Made by a program: the position numbers and the translations under genes | Source: Octopus bimaculoides | Lineage: Eukaryota | Assembly: GCF_001194135.2 (NCBI RefSeq) | Contig: NC_068983.1 | Location: 105,709,844 to 105,773,843, forward strand | Reading direction: 5' to 3' | DNA: 64,000 bases | Notes under the pieces: generated by a model | What the model saw: the letters and a program-made list of their open reading frames with translations, nothing else | Told to the model about the DNA's origin: nothing | The model's database searches: none | Shown: positions 14,925 through 28,033 of the stretch, one piece after another | Layout of the letters: every line of letters begins with the position of its first letter | Numbering within the stretch: position 1 is the stretch's first letter

Positions 14925-15400
14925 CTCCAATTGAAGACTTCTCAGAAAACGAAAGGACATCTTTCAAGATCAGACTCTGAGAAGCTACAGTATCCCGCAG
15001 GATTTTAATGGGCTTCAAATGGGTATCACCAACCAAAACACAGCCACTCCTTGCACCTGTATTTAACCTCATTTCTAATCTGAGATAATTTGATAGGATT
15101 GACTCTGTATGGGAGCTGTTTTACTTGCTGAGCATTCCCAACAACCACATCATGTTCAATAGTGCTGGTCCTTCTTGGAACATCCTGGAACAGCTGGGGA
15201 TACTCCATAATCAAGGCTTTCAGCTCCAGGAAATCGTTGTCTTTGAGATGCTTTAATACATTATCCAATTTTTGTAGAACATTTGAATTCTTGAGTTTGG
15301 CTGGTTTGTCGATGTCTTCAACCATGAAGTCGTCTGTTATTGACTCTTCAGCGATTATGGTGACCGTTTGGACGTTTGAAGCACTATGGTCATAATACAC
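14925..15400 (-). mobile_element. Gypsy-type pol fragments (RT-proximal segment followed by protease segment)
   Basis: EYPQLFQDVPRRTSTIEHDVVVGNAQQVKQLPYRVNPIK...EVKY, then KPIKILRDTVASQSLIL (DTG-type protease motif, mutated). Confidence 0.8.
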
Positions 15401-15572
15401 ATACACATAACTGAACATATATAAACAAGCATCACCATCATAGAAGTGATGTAGTTTGTTTCTAGTTTTATATGGAAAACAAGCTGAATTTATAAGTCAA
15501 TAAACTAAAACATTGTTTGATTGTTTGTTTGTTGTTTCTGCAAATTTTTTTTTTAAAGTGCAAAAAATATGT

Positions 15573-15578
15573 TTTATT
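15573..15578 (-). terminator. Probable CENPL polyadenylation signal AATAAA
   Basis: tttatt on plus strand, ~90 nt after the stop codon. Position only; no transcript evidence. Confidence 0.45.
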
Positions 15579-15666
15579 GAAATAGTGATTTCTTATAAAA
15601 GAATATTATACAGAGTAGGAATAAAATAGTCATAATACAGATCATAAACCAATGATATATTCTCCA

Positions 15667-15753
15667 TTAAGTGGTGTAAATAAAACTCAGCTGTTCTACA
15701 GACATCTGGCAGAATAATCCAAGAATATGAACAAGATGATTTGAAGAACAAAG
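15667..15753 (-). CDS. CENPL: CENP-L terminal coding exon: LCSSNHLVHILGLFCQMSVEQLSFIYTT*
   Basis: ttgtctaatttcag|CTTTGT...ACTTAA, 87 nt, phase 0. Matches the C-terminal ILCHKYLIGVLAYLTEL. Total CDS 939 nt is an exact multiple of 3. Confidence 0.87.
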   Translation of the reverse strand, partial: LCSSNHLVHILGLFCQMSVEQLSFIYTT

Positions 15754-16849
15754 CTGAAATTAGACAAAATACATAAATGACAAATAATACATAGTCAATA
15801 AAATGATGAGAGGTTAAATTCTGAGACAGAACTATCTATCTTAGCAGAGTAATTACAAAGAACCCCCACCACCATAACCACTACAAACACCAGTATAAAA
15901 CCCACTCAATAAATAATCATTATCATCAAAAATAAATTTATATTTGTGAAAGAATGGTATGATCTAGATTTAGTTGATGCTGATAAAGAATGATTAATCC
16001 TCTTGCACAGAGGTTCACAACCATTTTTCATATATGGACTCCCATTGATTGCTATTTTATTCTGGTGGATCACCGCATAGCCATTCAATGTTTAGAAACT
16101 TCTTTCAAAATTCCTATTTTGTTTTTCAAACATTTATTTGTGTAGGTTGAACTATGCAAAATGTTGGAGAAAGAAACCTAGCTGTTTCTTGCAATACATA
16201 TCAATACATACATCTAAAGCAAAATTTTTTCAGGGGCCCTTAAAATATTATCGTTGATCCCCAATTTACCATTTTGTTGCTTGAACCCCCAAAAATCTTA
16301 TATGGACCTTCAGGGGCCATATAGACACCATTTGAGAACTACTGCTTTAGCATTTAAACTAGCCATATCTGGCCAAGATAATATACTTGTTTTATTTCAA
16401 ACTGGCCAGATCCAACCTCTCACACTTACCCTGAAATATTATTCTTGTAAATATTATTCATGTCATTGAAATCTTAAAGCTACAAGGTAATGCAAGACCA
16501 AATTAATGTGAATAAATACACATTACATTTGACAGAGAAATATGAATGTTAAAGAGTTAAAGACCAGAGACAGTGTGACAATTTGCCTTAGACTAAAACT
16601 TTCCTGGTAGAAAGATGTATTTTGTTTATATGGTTTTAAGCAGTGACTCATTGATGGGCTCATTGGACTCCTCTTTCAGTACATGCAACTATGTAATTAT
16701 TGTTCTTGAATGCATATATTAATAAAGTAAAGATATGATTTTATATACATGAAACTTAAATTTTATAGTCATCAATCAAAAAAGAAAATGCCAGACAAAA
16801 GTAGACAAAGGAAAATTTTTTTAGAAAAATATGAAAAAATAAAACTTAC

Positions 16850-16912
16850 TTTGAACACTCCATTAACAGAGACTGAGGCCAAAGCATTCCTGATTTTGAT
16901 TAATTTCAATGA
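16850..16912 (-). CDS. CENPL: CENP-L coding exon 10: SLKLIKIRNALASVSVNGVFK
   Basis: tttattttttag|TCATTG...TTCAAA|gtaagt, 63 nt, phase 0-0. Matches ATRLVRVSTSVASAHTDGKIK. Confidence 0.9.
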
Positions 16913-18124
16913 CTAAAAAATAAAGAAAAACCATTTCACTTTATTTCAAATAAAAATTTTAAATAAACTGAGAAAAAGAACAGGTTTTAAAGATTGATAT
17001 GTTGGAACTATAAAAGTAGTTACTAATTGAGACAGTCAACACTTAATTTTGGCCTGAAAGAGAACTTTTTACTCTGGAAGAGAATTGAGACACCCTTATA
17101 AATGTGGTACAAACAAATTGAAATGCCCAATCTTTAATAAAATGAGGGATAATATTAAAAAAAAAAAGTTTAAACTTGTTAAACACTTGACTTTGTTGTT
17201 AGAAATCTGGAAAACTCAATTTTGAAAAATGGATCTAATTATGGATGGTTATATATCATATTAAAGATATCTTCTTTCAAACAATTTATACATCTCTATG
17301 CAATAGTCTTAACAAGATTCTAAGATTATATCACTCAATACATTCTTTTTAAGACAGCTTTAAGAGCAGTTTACTAGGACACATACTGCCAGTGATAATT
17401 TCAAAGGAGCAGCAACTGTTACACACTAACATCAACATCATTGTTTTAATGTTCACTTTTTCATGCTAGCATAGGTCAGATAGAGCTCATTGAGACAGAT
17501 TTTGTACAGTCAGACACCCTTTCTGTCACCCACCCACACCTGTTTTTAAGCAAGTATTTCTCCATGGCCAGATATATTTTCATAGAAGATTGAAAATAAA
17601 TGGCACTGTATGATGATGCTCATTTACAACAGTTGTGTGATATCAAGACAAAGATACATACACATATATATGATAGGCTTCTTTCAGTTTGCATCTAGAA
17701 AATACACTTGGAAGATGCTTGGAAATGAACCATACAGCCATACCTAAAACTCATGAGTTGATCAATCAAAGCAGTGAAGATATTCAGAATTTTTTGAAGA
17801 ACATATGTAAAAGCCTCAGCTAGGAAGTTAAAGAGCTTTGTGAACCTGACTTGCAAGTAGGTTTAATTGCTCTAAGAAAATTGTTAACATTATGTAGCAA
17901 TCAGTAAATTCAGATGTAATCTGTCTAACAGCCATGCAAATCTACTCAGTTAAATTCCAATGTTAAAATTATGCACATGGGTGAGTGATAAGAAGTTTGC
18001 TTTGCAGCTACAGGGTTCAAGTTCAGTCTCACTGAAGTATCTTCTGCTATAGCCTTGAGCTGACCAAAACTTTGAAGGGATTTGGTAGACAGAATCTGAA
18101 AGAAGTCTGTGGCACACACACACA

Positions 18125-19331
18125 CACGAGAGGCCAACTGAAAGGTTCATAGGTTGACCAAGATGCTCTAATGAAATGTGACCAAACAAGGTTTATTTTT
18201 TTAACATATCTCCCCTTGTGATCCACACATTTCTTCCATCAGTGTTGCAGTGCTTGGATCCCATTGGTGAAGAAGCTTTCATCCTTTTGGTCAAAGTCAT
18301 CAACAGCAGATATGATGTAATCACCATGATACTGGTTCCCAGCCAGGTGTTTTTTTCATTTTGAGGTACAGATGATAGTCAGATGGGGACAAATCAGGAG
18401 AATAGGGAGTGTAATCAACCAATTCAAAGCTACAGTCATGCACAGCAGCCATTGAAAGTAGGGACCTGTGTGCTGGAGCATTGTCCTAATGAAACAAGAC
18501 CCCTTTCATCAGTTTTCCTGGGCTTTCATAACTGCTTTAGCAAGTTGACATAGTACTCTTCATAGATAGTGTGGCCCTTTTGAAGATAGTTAATAAACAC
18601 ATTGCTGTTTGCATCACCTTCACTGCAGATGAAATGACCTTGACCTTTGGAGCAGGTGAGGAAGGGTATCCCCATTGCATGGAGCATGTTTTTGTTCTGG
18701 CTCAAAGTGATGAACCCAACACTCATCCAAGGTTAAGAAACATTAAAAAAAACTAGATGGATCTACCTCAATGTCAGATTTTCCCTGGCATGCTTTCAAT
18801 CAAGTGTCAGAAGACATGGCAACCACCAAGCAAAAATTTTCGTCATGCCAAGTTCATTGAGCAGAATATTCTCAACTGTCTCATGCAGTATGCTAATAAC
18901 ATTGGCTACTTGATTTATTGTCAACTACTGGTCATCTATCACCATGTGGTATATACGATTGTTTTCCTTGGTGGTGATATCCAGACCTAGGATCATCTAT
19001 ACTCTCCCATCCCCTCCTAAATTGAGCTGCCCACTGTTGATAAAGCTGGAGTATCATCCCCTAATGTAGCAACCATATCAGTATGAATGTCATAGGGGAC
19101 TAAGCCCTTTTTCTGCAGGTACTTAATAACACCATGAAGCCAAATTTTGTCCATTCTCAAGAGGAGTCATTACTAGTTACTTTTGAAGTCTCTTTTGAAC
19201 AGTAAAATGCCAGTTTACCTGGAAAAAAACAATGCAGTTAATAAGAAGAGTTGAAATTAATGCATGCAAGATTTCATAGCTCAAGCATCACTCCTTCATA
19301 GTCAGCCTGTCAACTTTTCAGCCCACCCTTA
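18125..19331 (-). mobile_element. Degenerate ~1.2 kb mariner element
   Basis: Terminal inverted repeats (gagaggccaactgaaaggtt / aacttttcagcccacccttata). Transposase remnants: FINYLQKGHTI..EYYVNLLKQL, DNAPAH, PYSPDL and KCVDHKG. Confidence 0.8.
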
Positions 19332-19621
19332 TATGTATGTGTATCTTTGTGTCTGTTTGTCCCTCAATACCACTTGACAACTGGTGTTGGTGTGTTTACA
19401 TTCCTGTAACTTAGCAATTTGGCAAAAGAGATCAATAGAATAAGTACTAGGATTTCAAAAAATAAACACTAGGGTCAATTCATTCCATTACAATCCTTTA
19501 AGGTAGTATCCCAGCATGGCCACAGTCTAATGACTGAAACAAGTAAAAAATAAAAAGATGAATCAATTCCAAGTATAACTTTAAAATTTCTTATCACAAT
19601 ATTGTAAAACTTCATACTTAC

Positions 19622-19727
19622 AGTGATTTTTATTTTCAAAACCTCATAGTAAAATAATTCAATTTGTGATATGAATTCATTTACTTGATCAATTGTAAAT
19701 TCACTATCATTTGGGTCTGGGTGAATT
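19622..19727 (-). CDS. CENPL: CENP-L coding exon 9: (K)IHPDPNDSEFTIDQVNEFISQIELFYYEVLKIKIT
   Basis: ttccttgcag|AATTCA...ATCACT|gtaagt, 106 nt, phase 2-0. Matches EVTQEEVDLFM...FKIHLS. Confidence 0.9.
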
Positions 19728-21396
19728 CTGCAAGGAATTGAAATTAATGTAATATTTAATAATAATAAAAAATAAAAAAAGGATTGAGTGTTTAAAAAGT
19801 AAACATTTTATTTTAATATATTTAGTTGATAATTACAAATAATATGAGTCTTCTTTGGTTGCACTGCTTTTTTGGATTACCATGACTCTGCTGCCATCCA
19901 ATTCCATTATTATGAATTTGAATCGGGAACTTGAGTCATAGTGAATCTTACATTGGCTGATTACACAACCATGGATTTATTGCAGTTACTCTCTTGATAG
20001 CGTTTGGTGATCCTGACCATTGATCTTCTAACTGTCTCATGCTCAGCATCAATGTAAGAAGCACCATTAGCTCAGTACAGCTCTTCCACTACCTCTTCAC
20101 AATCCACCATGCTGCAGTCCTATGACTTTGCTGTATCCCTGGTATGGTGACTGAAAGGGAGCTATACCTTGCCAAAGTGCAATCTGTAACTATGCATTGC
20201 ATGGTTGTCACTCCAAGAGGTATTTTCAAAACACCCACATAATCACACAATACTGATGGCATTTTAGTTATGGAAGGAAATAGAGAAATTTAGAGAACTG
20301 TTATCTTCGTTGATAACAAAACTATTGCAACTTGTCTACAAAACAAATAATAAGAGGCCAAAACAAGAAGTGCTATGTGTAGTATTGAACTTACTTTAAT
20401 TGAAGGGAATGAGCTGACTATGACATAATATGTATGCAATATTCACTCACAAGAAAAATTAATGAGTTGAGAAAGTGATTCAACATCAAAGATATCAGCA
20501 TGCAAGAGATAACTGTTTTAGTCCGAATATATAATGTAGAGAGATGATACTACACCATTTTTTAAATATAAATTAATATAACCTCAGAGAAAATAAAATA
20601 GAAGATATTTAGGTGCAAAAAAATAATTTGTCAATGATCTATTTTAAACTGAAGTTATTGCATTTGACTGATGATGCTATGTTTACTTATGGATGACAAA
20701 AGTCAGTCTCAAAGCAACAATAGCTGGTTTCAAATTACAAGTTCTGGTATCTCACAAATTGTGAAAAAAGGAAAGCAAGCAGCACTCTCTCTCTCATGAA
20801 GTAATCACTTGAAGCTTGTATACATGTATTGTTGTAGCATGAGAAGATTGAGAATTCATTGCTGCAGCCTATGATGTTGAAATGAGGCTGTTTGTGTTCA
20901 GCCTGGTTCCTCTTCTTTGACATTGTGACCATAGGTGAGCCTGCCAGGAGCACTAGACTCTCAGAGCCACTGAACAATGCAAGCCCTCCACCAAGATAAA
21001 AAGAAATTGTGATTTAATCAAATAATCAGCTATACTCTTCTTTATGAAAATTAATCATTATAATTACTATCATTACCAGTATTGTTGTTCCATCATGAAC
21101 GTTCCCTGTAGATGCTGATTAATGAATAATTATTTAACATAAATCATACCCACTCAGCAAACAAAAGGCCTGAGAAAGTCATGGGCAGTGCATTTTATTT
21201 CAGACTAAGCCATAAAAAAAAAATTTGTAGAACAAGAAAATGGGGTCTGAATTAAGAGATTTGGCTGCTATATATAGCAAGTTAAAGGTCCACAGAGAGG
21301 ATCACATGTTCACTGTTATATTAACATGTTTATCTCTCTAACACATTTCCCTTTTGGTTCATTTTCATGTTTTTAAAAGGCTGGATTACTTCTATA

Positions 21397-21797
21397 TACT
21401 GTATATACTTTTCAATGGGTTGCACTTTTTTAACCAAAAACTTTGATAAAAATCAGGGGTGTGACTTATCACAGGGATCTGAAGTAGAAATTTTCTTGTC
21501 AAGTTGGTATTTAATGATTTTTTTTTTTAGTTGATTAGACTTTCATAAAGTCACCTCTGTAAAGATGTTTTAACATTTGTGAGCAAAGTTTTGAAATAAA
21601 GGTAAATATTTGATAATATTTAACAAATATTATAGGCGCAGGAGTGGCTGTGTGGTAAGTAGCTTGCTTACCAACCACATGGTTCCGGGTTCAGTCCCAC
21701 TGCGTGGCACCTTTGGCAAGTGTCTTCTACTATAGCCTCGGGCCGACCAAAGCCTTGTGAGTGGATTTGGTAGACGGAAACTGAAAGAAGCCCGTCG

Positions 21798-21836
<39 letters not shown>

Positions 21837-22158
21837 TTGTCCCCCCACCATCGCTTCACAACTGATGCTGGTGTGTTTACGTCCCCGTAACTTAGCGGTT
21901 CGGCAAAAAGAGTCCGATAGAACACGTACTAGGCTTACAAAGAATAAGTCCTGGGGTCGATTAGCTCGACTAAAGGCGGTGCTCCAGCATGGCCACAGTC
22001 AAATGACTGAAACAAGTAAAAGAGTATTAGTTATATTTACATTAAAAAAAGCCATGTAACTCCCCAGATTACAGTGTGGCCTATTTGCGAGTTAACTGCA
22101 AATACCTATTTTGATAACCCAAAACTAAGGGTGCGACCTACCTGCGAGTATATATAGT
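21397..22158. mobile_element. pogo/Tigger-type MITE interrupted by a SINE
   Basis: Ends tactgtatatact / gcgagtatatatagta with subterminal aggg(g)tgYgacYta motifs. A similar small element lies at ~14137-14324. Confidence 0.5.
21635..22024 (+). mobile_element. SINE family A (tRNA-like head, internal (TA)n(TG)n), near-intact copy
   Basis: ggcgcaggagtggctgtgtggtaag...ggttcagtccc head and tail ...gactgaaacaagtaaaagag. About 18 copies or fragments in the window, e.g. ~10572, 17965, 19335, 25566, 27250, 28758, 30111, 39453, 42561, 43161(-), 53378(-), 59280(-), 60500, 63410. Confidence 0.85.
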
Positions 22159-22206
22159 AACTTTATTCTACCTGGTATAAAATAACACCAATTCTTTTTT
22201 ACTTAC

Positions 22207-22315
22207 TTGTCCCAAACATACTGTAAATCTTTTGTATCAATTGCTATTTTAACTTCATTCATTCCCTTAATCTCATCAGGTACTTGAAACACAAGATAGG
22301 TAGGTGAAGCCACAT
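22207..22315 (-). CDS. CENPL: CENP-L coding exon 8: (D)VASPTYLVFQVPDEIKGMNEVKIAIDTKDLQYVWD
   Basis: ttcttctttcaag|ATGTGG...GGACAA|gtaagt, 109 nt, phase 1-2. Matches the AIHPEDAKALWD block. Confidence 0.9.
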
Positions 22316-24086
22316 CTTGAAAGAAGAAGAAAATAAAATACATAATACATATAATATACGTAATGTCACATTAGAATCTTACAATGTTTGAATTAAGTTT
22401 CAGGTTTTACTTCAAAATATTTTCAATCAGTTATCATTTAGTGAATTGTTAGGGCATCAGGCCTTGTGAAATTTCTTCTGACTCTTTACATTCTGGGTTC
22501 AAATCTTACCAAAGTCAACTTCAATTTTCATTCCTCCAGGATCAATCAAGCATTGAGATTGATGAAATCAATGACTCCTCTCCTCAAAACTGCTGACTTT
22601 ATGGCCTAAATAAGAAAATATTTTTCTAGAATATTTTGGTTAGAAGAGCGGTAGAATCAGTTAAGTACTGAACATCTTTCATTGCATTGTTCTTTCCCTC
22701 TACATTTTGAGTTCAAATCTCACCAGATTTTGATTATTTTCATTAAAAGATGTACCAGTCATATGCTGGAGATGACTTAATTGACTATACATAATTTACA
22801 TAGTTGTAAACCTATGCAAAAGTAAGAAATCAATAAGTCACTATGCAAGCATGGCTTAGATGTTTTGCAAATGTTTTTCTGCATGATAATTTTACTACTA
22901 CCAAATACTCTTTAAGATTATGCTTTAACTACACCTTTGAATACGGAAACAAACATTTAGGGACCAAATGAGATCCTTGCAGAAAATGTGCAAAAGAAAA
23001 CCACTTAAATGATGGTAGTGGAGAAAAAAAAAACAACTCTTAGATATGACATTGTCCTTAGATAATGAAAATCGAAAATCTATCTCTGCCATCTACATGA
23101 AAGTGGACATTTATATTTATTTAATAAATTGTGAAACAATAAAAGACAATCAACCAAGTCAAGAAGATTGATGAATATTAAAAGACCAATAATTCTATTT
23201 TATACTCTGTTAGAGGAAGAAGGATAACACCCTGGCCTTTGTAAGGGCCGGCAAGATTGATGAGGGGTATGTTGCAAGAAATAGAGTTTAGGAGTTTCTG
23301 CAGTAAGAAGCAGTAGTACATAAAGATAGCCAATTCCAGTTATCCCAAGACGAGAGACTTGGTCAGAGTACTTGCAACAGAATAGATTCCAAGGACCAGA
23401 TGGTTCTGTTAAACCAGGAAATTGATTATATATATATATATACAGGGTACGGTGAATAAATTGCCTAAATTACACAAAAATGAAAATAACACTGACATCT
23501 CATTTTAACAGATATTATATTTACCAAAATTACATAAAAATATCTTGAAATATTAATGAGTAAATTGATTCAATAAAATCGTCATTAGCTTCAACCATGC
23601 CCTCCAGATGACTTCGAAAGGGTAGTCTCAAATGGGCCGGTTATGCTGCACTAGCATAGGCCATGGTTATGGTCTCACTTGACTTGCCAGGTCTTCTCAA
23701 GCACAACATATCTCCAAAAGTCTTAGTTGCTCATCATTGCTTCCGTGAGGCCCAACATTCGAAGGTCATGCTTCACCATCCCAGGTCTTCCTGGGTCTAC
23801 CTCTTCCACAGGTTCCCTCTACTGCTAGGGTGTGTCACACAGCTGTCCTCATCCATATGTAACACATGACTATACCAACGCAGTTGTCTCTCTTGCACAC
23901 CACATCTGATGCTACTTATGTCCATACACATACATATATATATTATCCAATAACAGGTACAATATGTCCAGCAGTTTTTTGTATCCTTTCTGCTTACCCA
24001 ATTTTACTCACAAGACTTGGATTGACCCAAGGTTATGATAGAATACATTTAATGAAAGTGCAGCATGGTTGGAGTGAAACTGGATG

Positions 24087-24298
24087 TATGAGGGGGTGCT
24101 GAAAAGTTCCTGGCTTTGGGTAAAAGAAAACACAGGAGGATCAGTTAATTATTATTTTATTCAATATATTCCCCTCTCCTTATTGTGGAAGTCCTTCAGC
24201 TTTTCTAAGCCTTGTAAAAAAACTTGCAAGGCTGAACCTCCAACTAGGCCTTTCGCGATACCCTTAAAGCCAGGAACTTTTCAGCATCCCCTCTTATA
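24087..24298. mobile_element. Mariner-derived MITE
   Basis: TIRs tatgagggggtgctgaaaagttcctggcttt / aaagccaggaacttttcagcatcccctcttata. Partial related copy at ~12555-12680. Confidence 0.8.
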
Positions 24299-24491
24299 TA
24301 ACAGCAAAATGAATTTAACATTATGGCTATGCTTGCATGTATACATTTTGAGACGCCAGGTCTTGTTATAAAGAACAAAGTATTTACAGGCTATATTCCT
24401 TTAACACTGTTTATTTACCCACTTTCAGAGAGTATAAACTAAACACAGAGAAATAAAAGAAAAATTGTGTGATACAATGTTTGAAACTAAC

Positions 24492-24582
24492 CAGAGTTGA
24501 TCTTGCCAGTCCATAATGATAACATCCAACAAAGATCAATTGATGAGAAATGTAATGGACTGATTTTAGCATGAAATTCTTT
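24492..24582 (-). CDS. CENPL: CENP-L coding exon 7: KEFHAKISPLHFSSIDLCWMLSLWTGKINS
   Basis: ttttctctttcag|AAAGAA...ACTCTG|gttagt, 91 nt, phase 0-1. Matches KTFDCYFSPL...LSWMAAMWT. Confidence 0.9.
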
Positions 24583-25743
24583 CTGAAAGAGAAAACAAAG
24601 GAAATGGTTTATTAGGAAAAAAGTTTGCAGGTCCAAGATCATTACATACATAGTTGTATACACACTCACACACATATAGTTCCAGAATAGTTGAAGTCTG
24701 TCTTGAGTCAACAGCATTTAAGCAATTCTGGTACATGACTCCATAAATGATATGTCAGTCTATTGTAGGGTTAACCTCTTACTAGCTGTTGTTGGGACTC
24801 ACTTTCAGATGTGTGAACTGAAGCAATGTGATTCTCAGATCAAGTACTCTATTGTGTCCTTCAGTAAAGTACTATCAGTACAGACCCAACTCCAATAATC
24901 AAAGAGCTGGCCATTAATTTAAGTTGTTAGATAACTGTAGTTGATCGTGTATAGTTAGATGATGCCCTTTACCTTCCAATTATACAAAAATCTAGAAATG
25001 AACAGCCTTGGTGAAAAGTAAAGAGAATCAAAATATTGATATTTAACTTCAGTATGAAATCAGAGAGAAACAGTCAATTAAATCAAACTCAGTGTATTAC
25101 TGACGATCAAAATTTTGTGGTCACTTGATCAGCTAGAAATAGCAACCAAATCTTCTTTACTGAAAAAAAGAAGGAAGCACAATGGGATGATGAAGCATGA
25201 TATGCGACAAGACATGATGGTCATAACTGGAATGTCTTGGATCATATGTAAAAAATTGTTTTGGGCAAAATGTTCTTTCACAGAACAATTCTTTGCTTGT
25301 TTCTTTCTCTATGAGGTAGTGCCAGCTATTCTGAAAGTCTGCCAATCAACTATTACATTCATCTCATAAGTGTAATAGTATATTTACTAATCTTTTAGTA
25401 AATAAAAAATTGGCTGTCTGTAATAGGAAAGTACCCTACAATGTGTTTGCATAAGAAAAACTGACATTAGAGTTATTTTTCACTAATTTCCAGCATATTA
25501 TAAATCACAGGTAATTACAAAGAAAGGTCTAAACTGACTAATGAATAGATTTGTTAATTTTTAACAGGTGCAGGCATGACTATGGAGTAAGAAGTTTGCT
25601 TCCCAACCACGTGGTTCCAGGTTCAGTCCCACTTCATGGCACCTTGAGCAAGTGTCTTCTACTATAACCTCAGGCTGGCTAAAGCCTTGTGAATGGATTT
25701 GGTAGATGGAAACTGAAAGAAGCCCATCACATACACATATATA

Positions 25744-27239
25744 TCTAATATATAAATAGCAATTTCTGTCTGTCTGTTACCATCTAAGTGCCTAAACCAG
25801 TGAACCAATATTTACAAAATTTTACATACATGTTACACTAACATCCAGTTCAATAATAGACTTATTGAATTTCAATAAAAATCTATAATGTCCCCCTCCT
25901 AGGGGCATTGGGCGAATTATGATAAAATGAGAAGGTTGCAAAACGTATTAGTCAGAGGGAAAAGTAGTAGCAGAGAGAGGGTGACTTATACCAGTGAAGG
26001 CGAGAACAGTGGTTGCAATGAGATGAACGTTAATACAGATGTCATATACATGTGACGCTGCATACATACTTTCGTAAATATGTAGATACAACACATACAC
26101 ACAGAGAAAGGTAGGTGTGAGGAATACGTAGTTTTAAGGAGAGAGGGTGGCTTTTCTGCTGTCCATCGCAAAGCAACACTCACACACAAACATACATCAT
26201 CATCATCGTTTAACGTCCGCTTTCCATGCTAGCATGGGTTGGACGATTTGACTGAGGACTGGCGAACCAGATGGCTACACCAGGCTCCAATCTGATTTGG
26301 CAGAGTTTCTACAGCTGGATGCCCTTCCTAACGCCAACCACTTTGAGAGTGTAGTGGGTACTTTTATGTGCCACCGGCACGAAGGCCAGTCAGGCGGTAC
26401 TGGCAACGGCCACGCTCAAAATGGTGTATTTTACGTGCCACCTGCACAGGAGCCAGTCCACTGGCACTGGCAATGATCTCACTCGAATGTCTTTTCACGT
26501 GCCAGTAAGGTGACGCTGGTAATATATATATATATATCTACTACACACCATTTTAAACTTGTGATTACCAGCATGTACATTTGTAAATTTCTCTGTGTGT
26601 GTGATGTCCTATAACTATCTGTCTATCTACTTTTGTTGGGTCTTCTTCCCTCTTGCTGTCACATATTGTGAGATTTTAGAATTATGTCAAAATTTTCAAA
26701 TTTGGGTATATTGAAATAATTTTCCACGTTAAATCCAATTTTGTTATTTATTTGTTCCTAACATCCATTTGTATAATGGACAAATTGGATTTCAATAAAA
26801 ATCTATAATGGGCCCCCTACGGAGTGGCGCTGTACACATGTTTACAAATCAGCTACGATAAGCTATGACATCCGACAACACCAGCTACAATACATGAACT
26901 ATTTGTCAATGTATTTGTAAATCTATCTACCTAACTTATTTTACTCAGATGTACAGTCGTTTGTTAAAATATTATAGGGACATTCCATATTCACCTACTA
27001 ATTGTATTAATAGTTTGTAATACCTAATTTTAGCAATAAATTATTACTATAAATGTTAATAAAATATTTAATGGCTTAATTACACCAGATTCTAAATTTT
27101 TTATATTGACATAGGAATGGGGATAGGAATGGGAGCAGAACTAAAACAGGAACTGAACAGGGAATGGGATAAGACATGAAACAATGTAATGGGAAGGGGA
27201 ACTAGAAATAACCCCTACTTTTCTGAGTAATTCAACTAG
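25744..27239 (+). mobile_element. Non-autonomous Helitron-like element with nested SINE
   Basis: A|TC-TAATATATAAA...ctgtctgtctg 5' end; 3' end ...taattcaaCTAG|T; internal GGGAAT-type minisatellite (~27110-27200). SINE inserted at ~26195-26518. Confidence 0.6.
26195..26518 (+). mobile_element. SINE-like family B with (CAT)n end
   Basis: catcatcatcgtttaacgtccgctttccatgctagcatgggttggacg... Other copies at ~12805(-), 29900, 30790(-), 32180(-), 54440, 56750(-), 58080(-), 63110, 63788. Confidence 0.8.
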
Positions 27240-27881
27240 TATATGTATGTATGCATGCATGTTAGTGTTTGTCCCCAACTACCATTTGACAAGTAGTGTT
27301 GGTGTGTTTACATCCCCATAACTTAGCAGTTTGGCAAACGAGATAGAATAAGTACCAGGTTTTAAGGAAAAAAAAGTTATGGGGTTGATTCAACTAAAAT
27401 TTTTCAATGCATTGCCGCAGCATGGCCATAGTCTAATGACTGAAACAAGTAAAAAATAAAAGATGTCATAAATGAGTTTAGATTACTTGACAACTGACCG
27501 CATAATCATAAGATTAAATTTTACTTCAGACATTGTGTTAACAGTGTTAGTCATTTTGATTTTAAGTGTTTTTTCAGTTTTCTTTTAACAAAGTATATTT
27601 AATGAATCATATTCATGCATCTGTAATTACTGAAGACTCTCTGCATTCAATGGCCATGTTTCATTGCTACAGAATAGCAGAACATTTTCTCCATAGGTCT
27701 CATCAAATACATTGCCCATCACATTCAGAATTTATCTCTTTGCTGTCGCTGTAAGTCACAGTTCTATAAATTTTTATCCCTCTTGAACAATTACTTTTAC
27801 ATTTTCGCTCTTCAAAAAATTCCTTTCGTAAATAAAAAGTCGGCTGTCAATAATAGGAAAGTACTGTGAAAGAATGTATAC

Positions 27882-28033
27882 CTCAAACCACTCACAAGTC
27901 CAAGATCTAAGCATGCTAGATCCTCTAATGATCATAACTGGGTAGCATGAAAATGGCTTCTCATGTGCAGTAAAATGTGGTGATAAATCTACACAGCACA
28001 TAAGTGCCAGTAGTATCATTTTATTTTGAGTGC
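27882..28033 (-). CDS. CENPL: CENP-L coding exon 6: (G)TQNKMILLALMCCVDLSPHFTAHEKPFSCYPVMIIRGSSMLRSWTCEWFE
   Basis: tttgttttttgcag|GCACTC...TTTGAG|gtatac, 152 nt, phase 1-0. CCV, FSCYPVMIIRG and WFE match CCV, FTCLPLFLANG and WFQ in CENP-L. Confidence 0.9.

Noticed and set aside
25099-25145. CTGACGA followed by a hairpin and a later GAAA
   Set aside because: GAAA is not adjacent to the stem and there is no stem I or NUH; it is part of another dispersed repeat tail.
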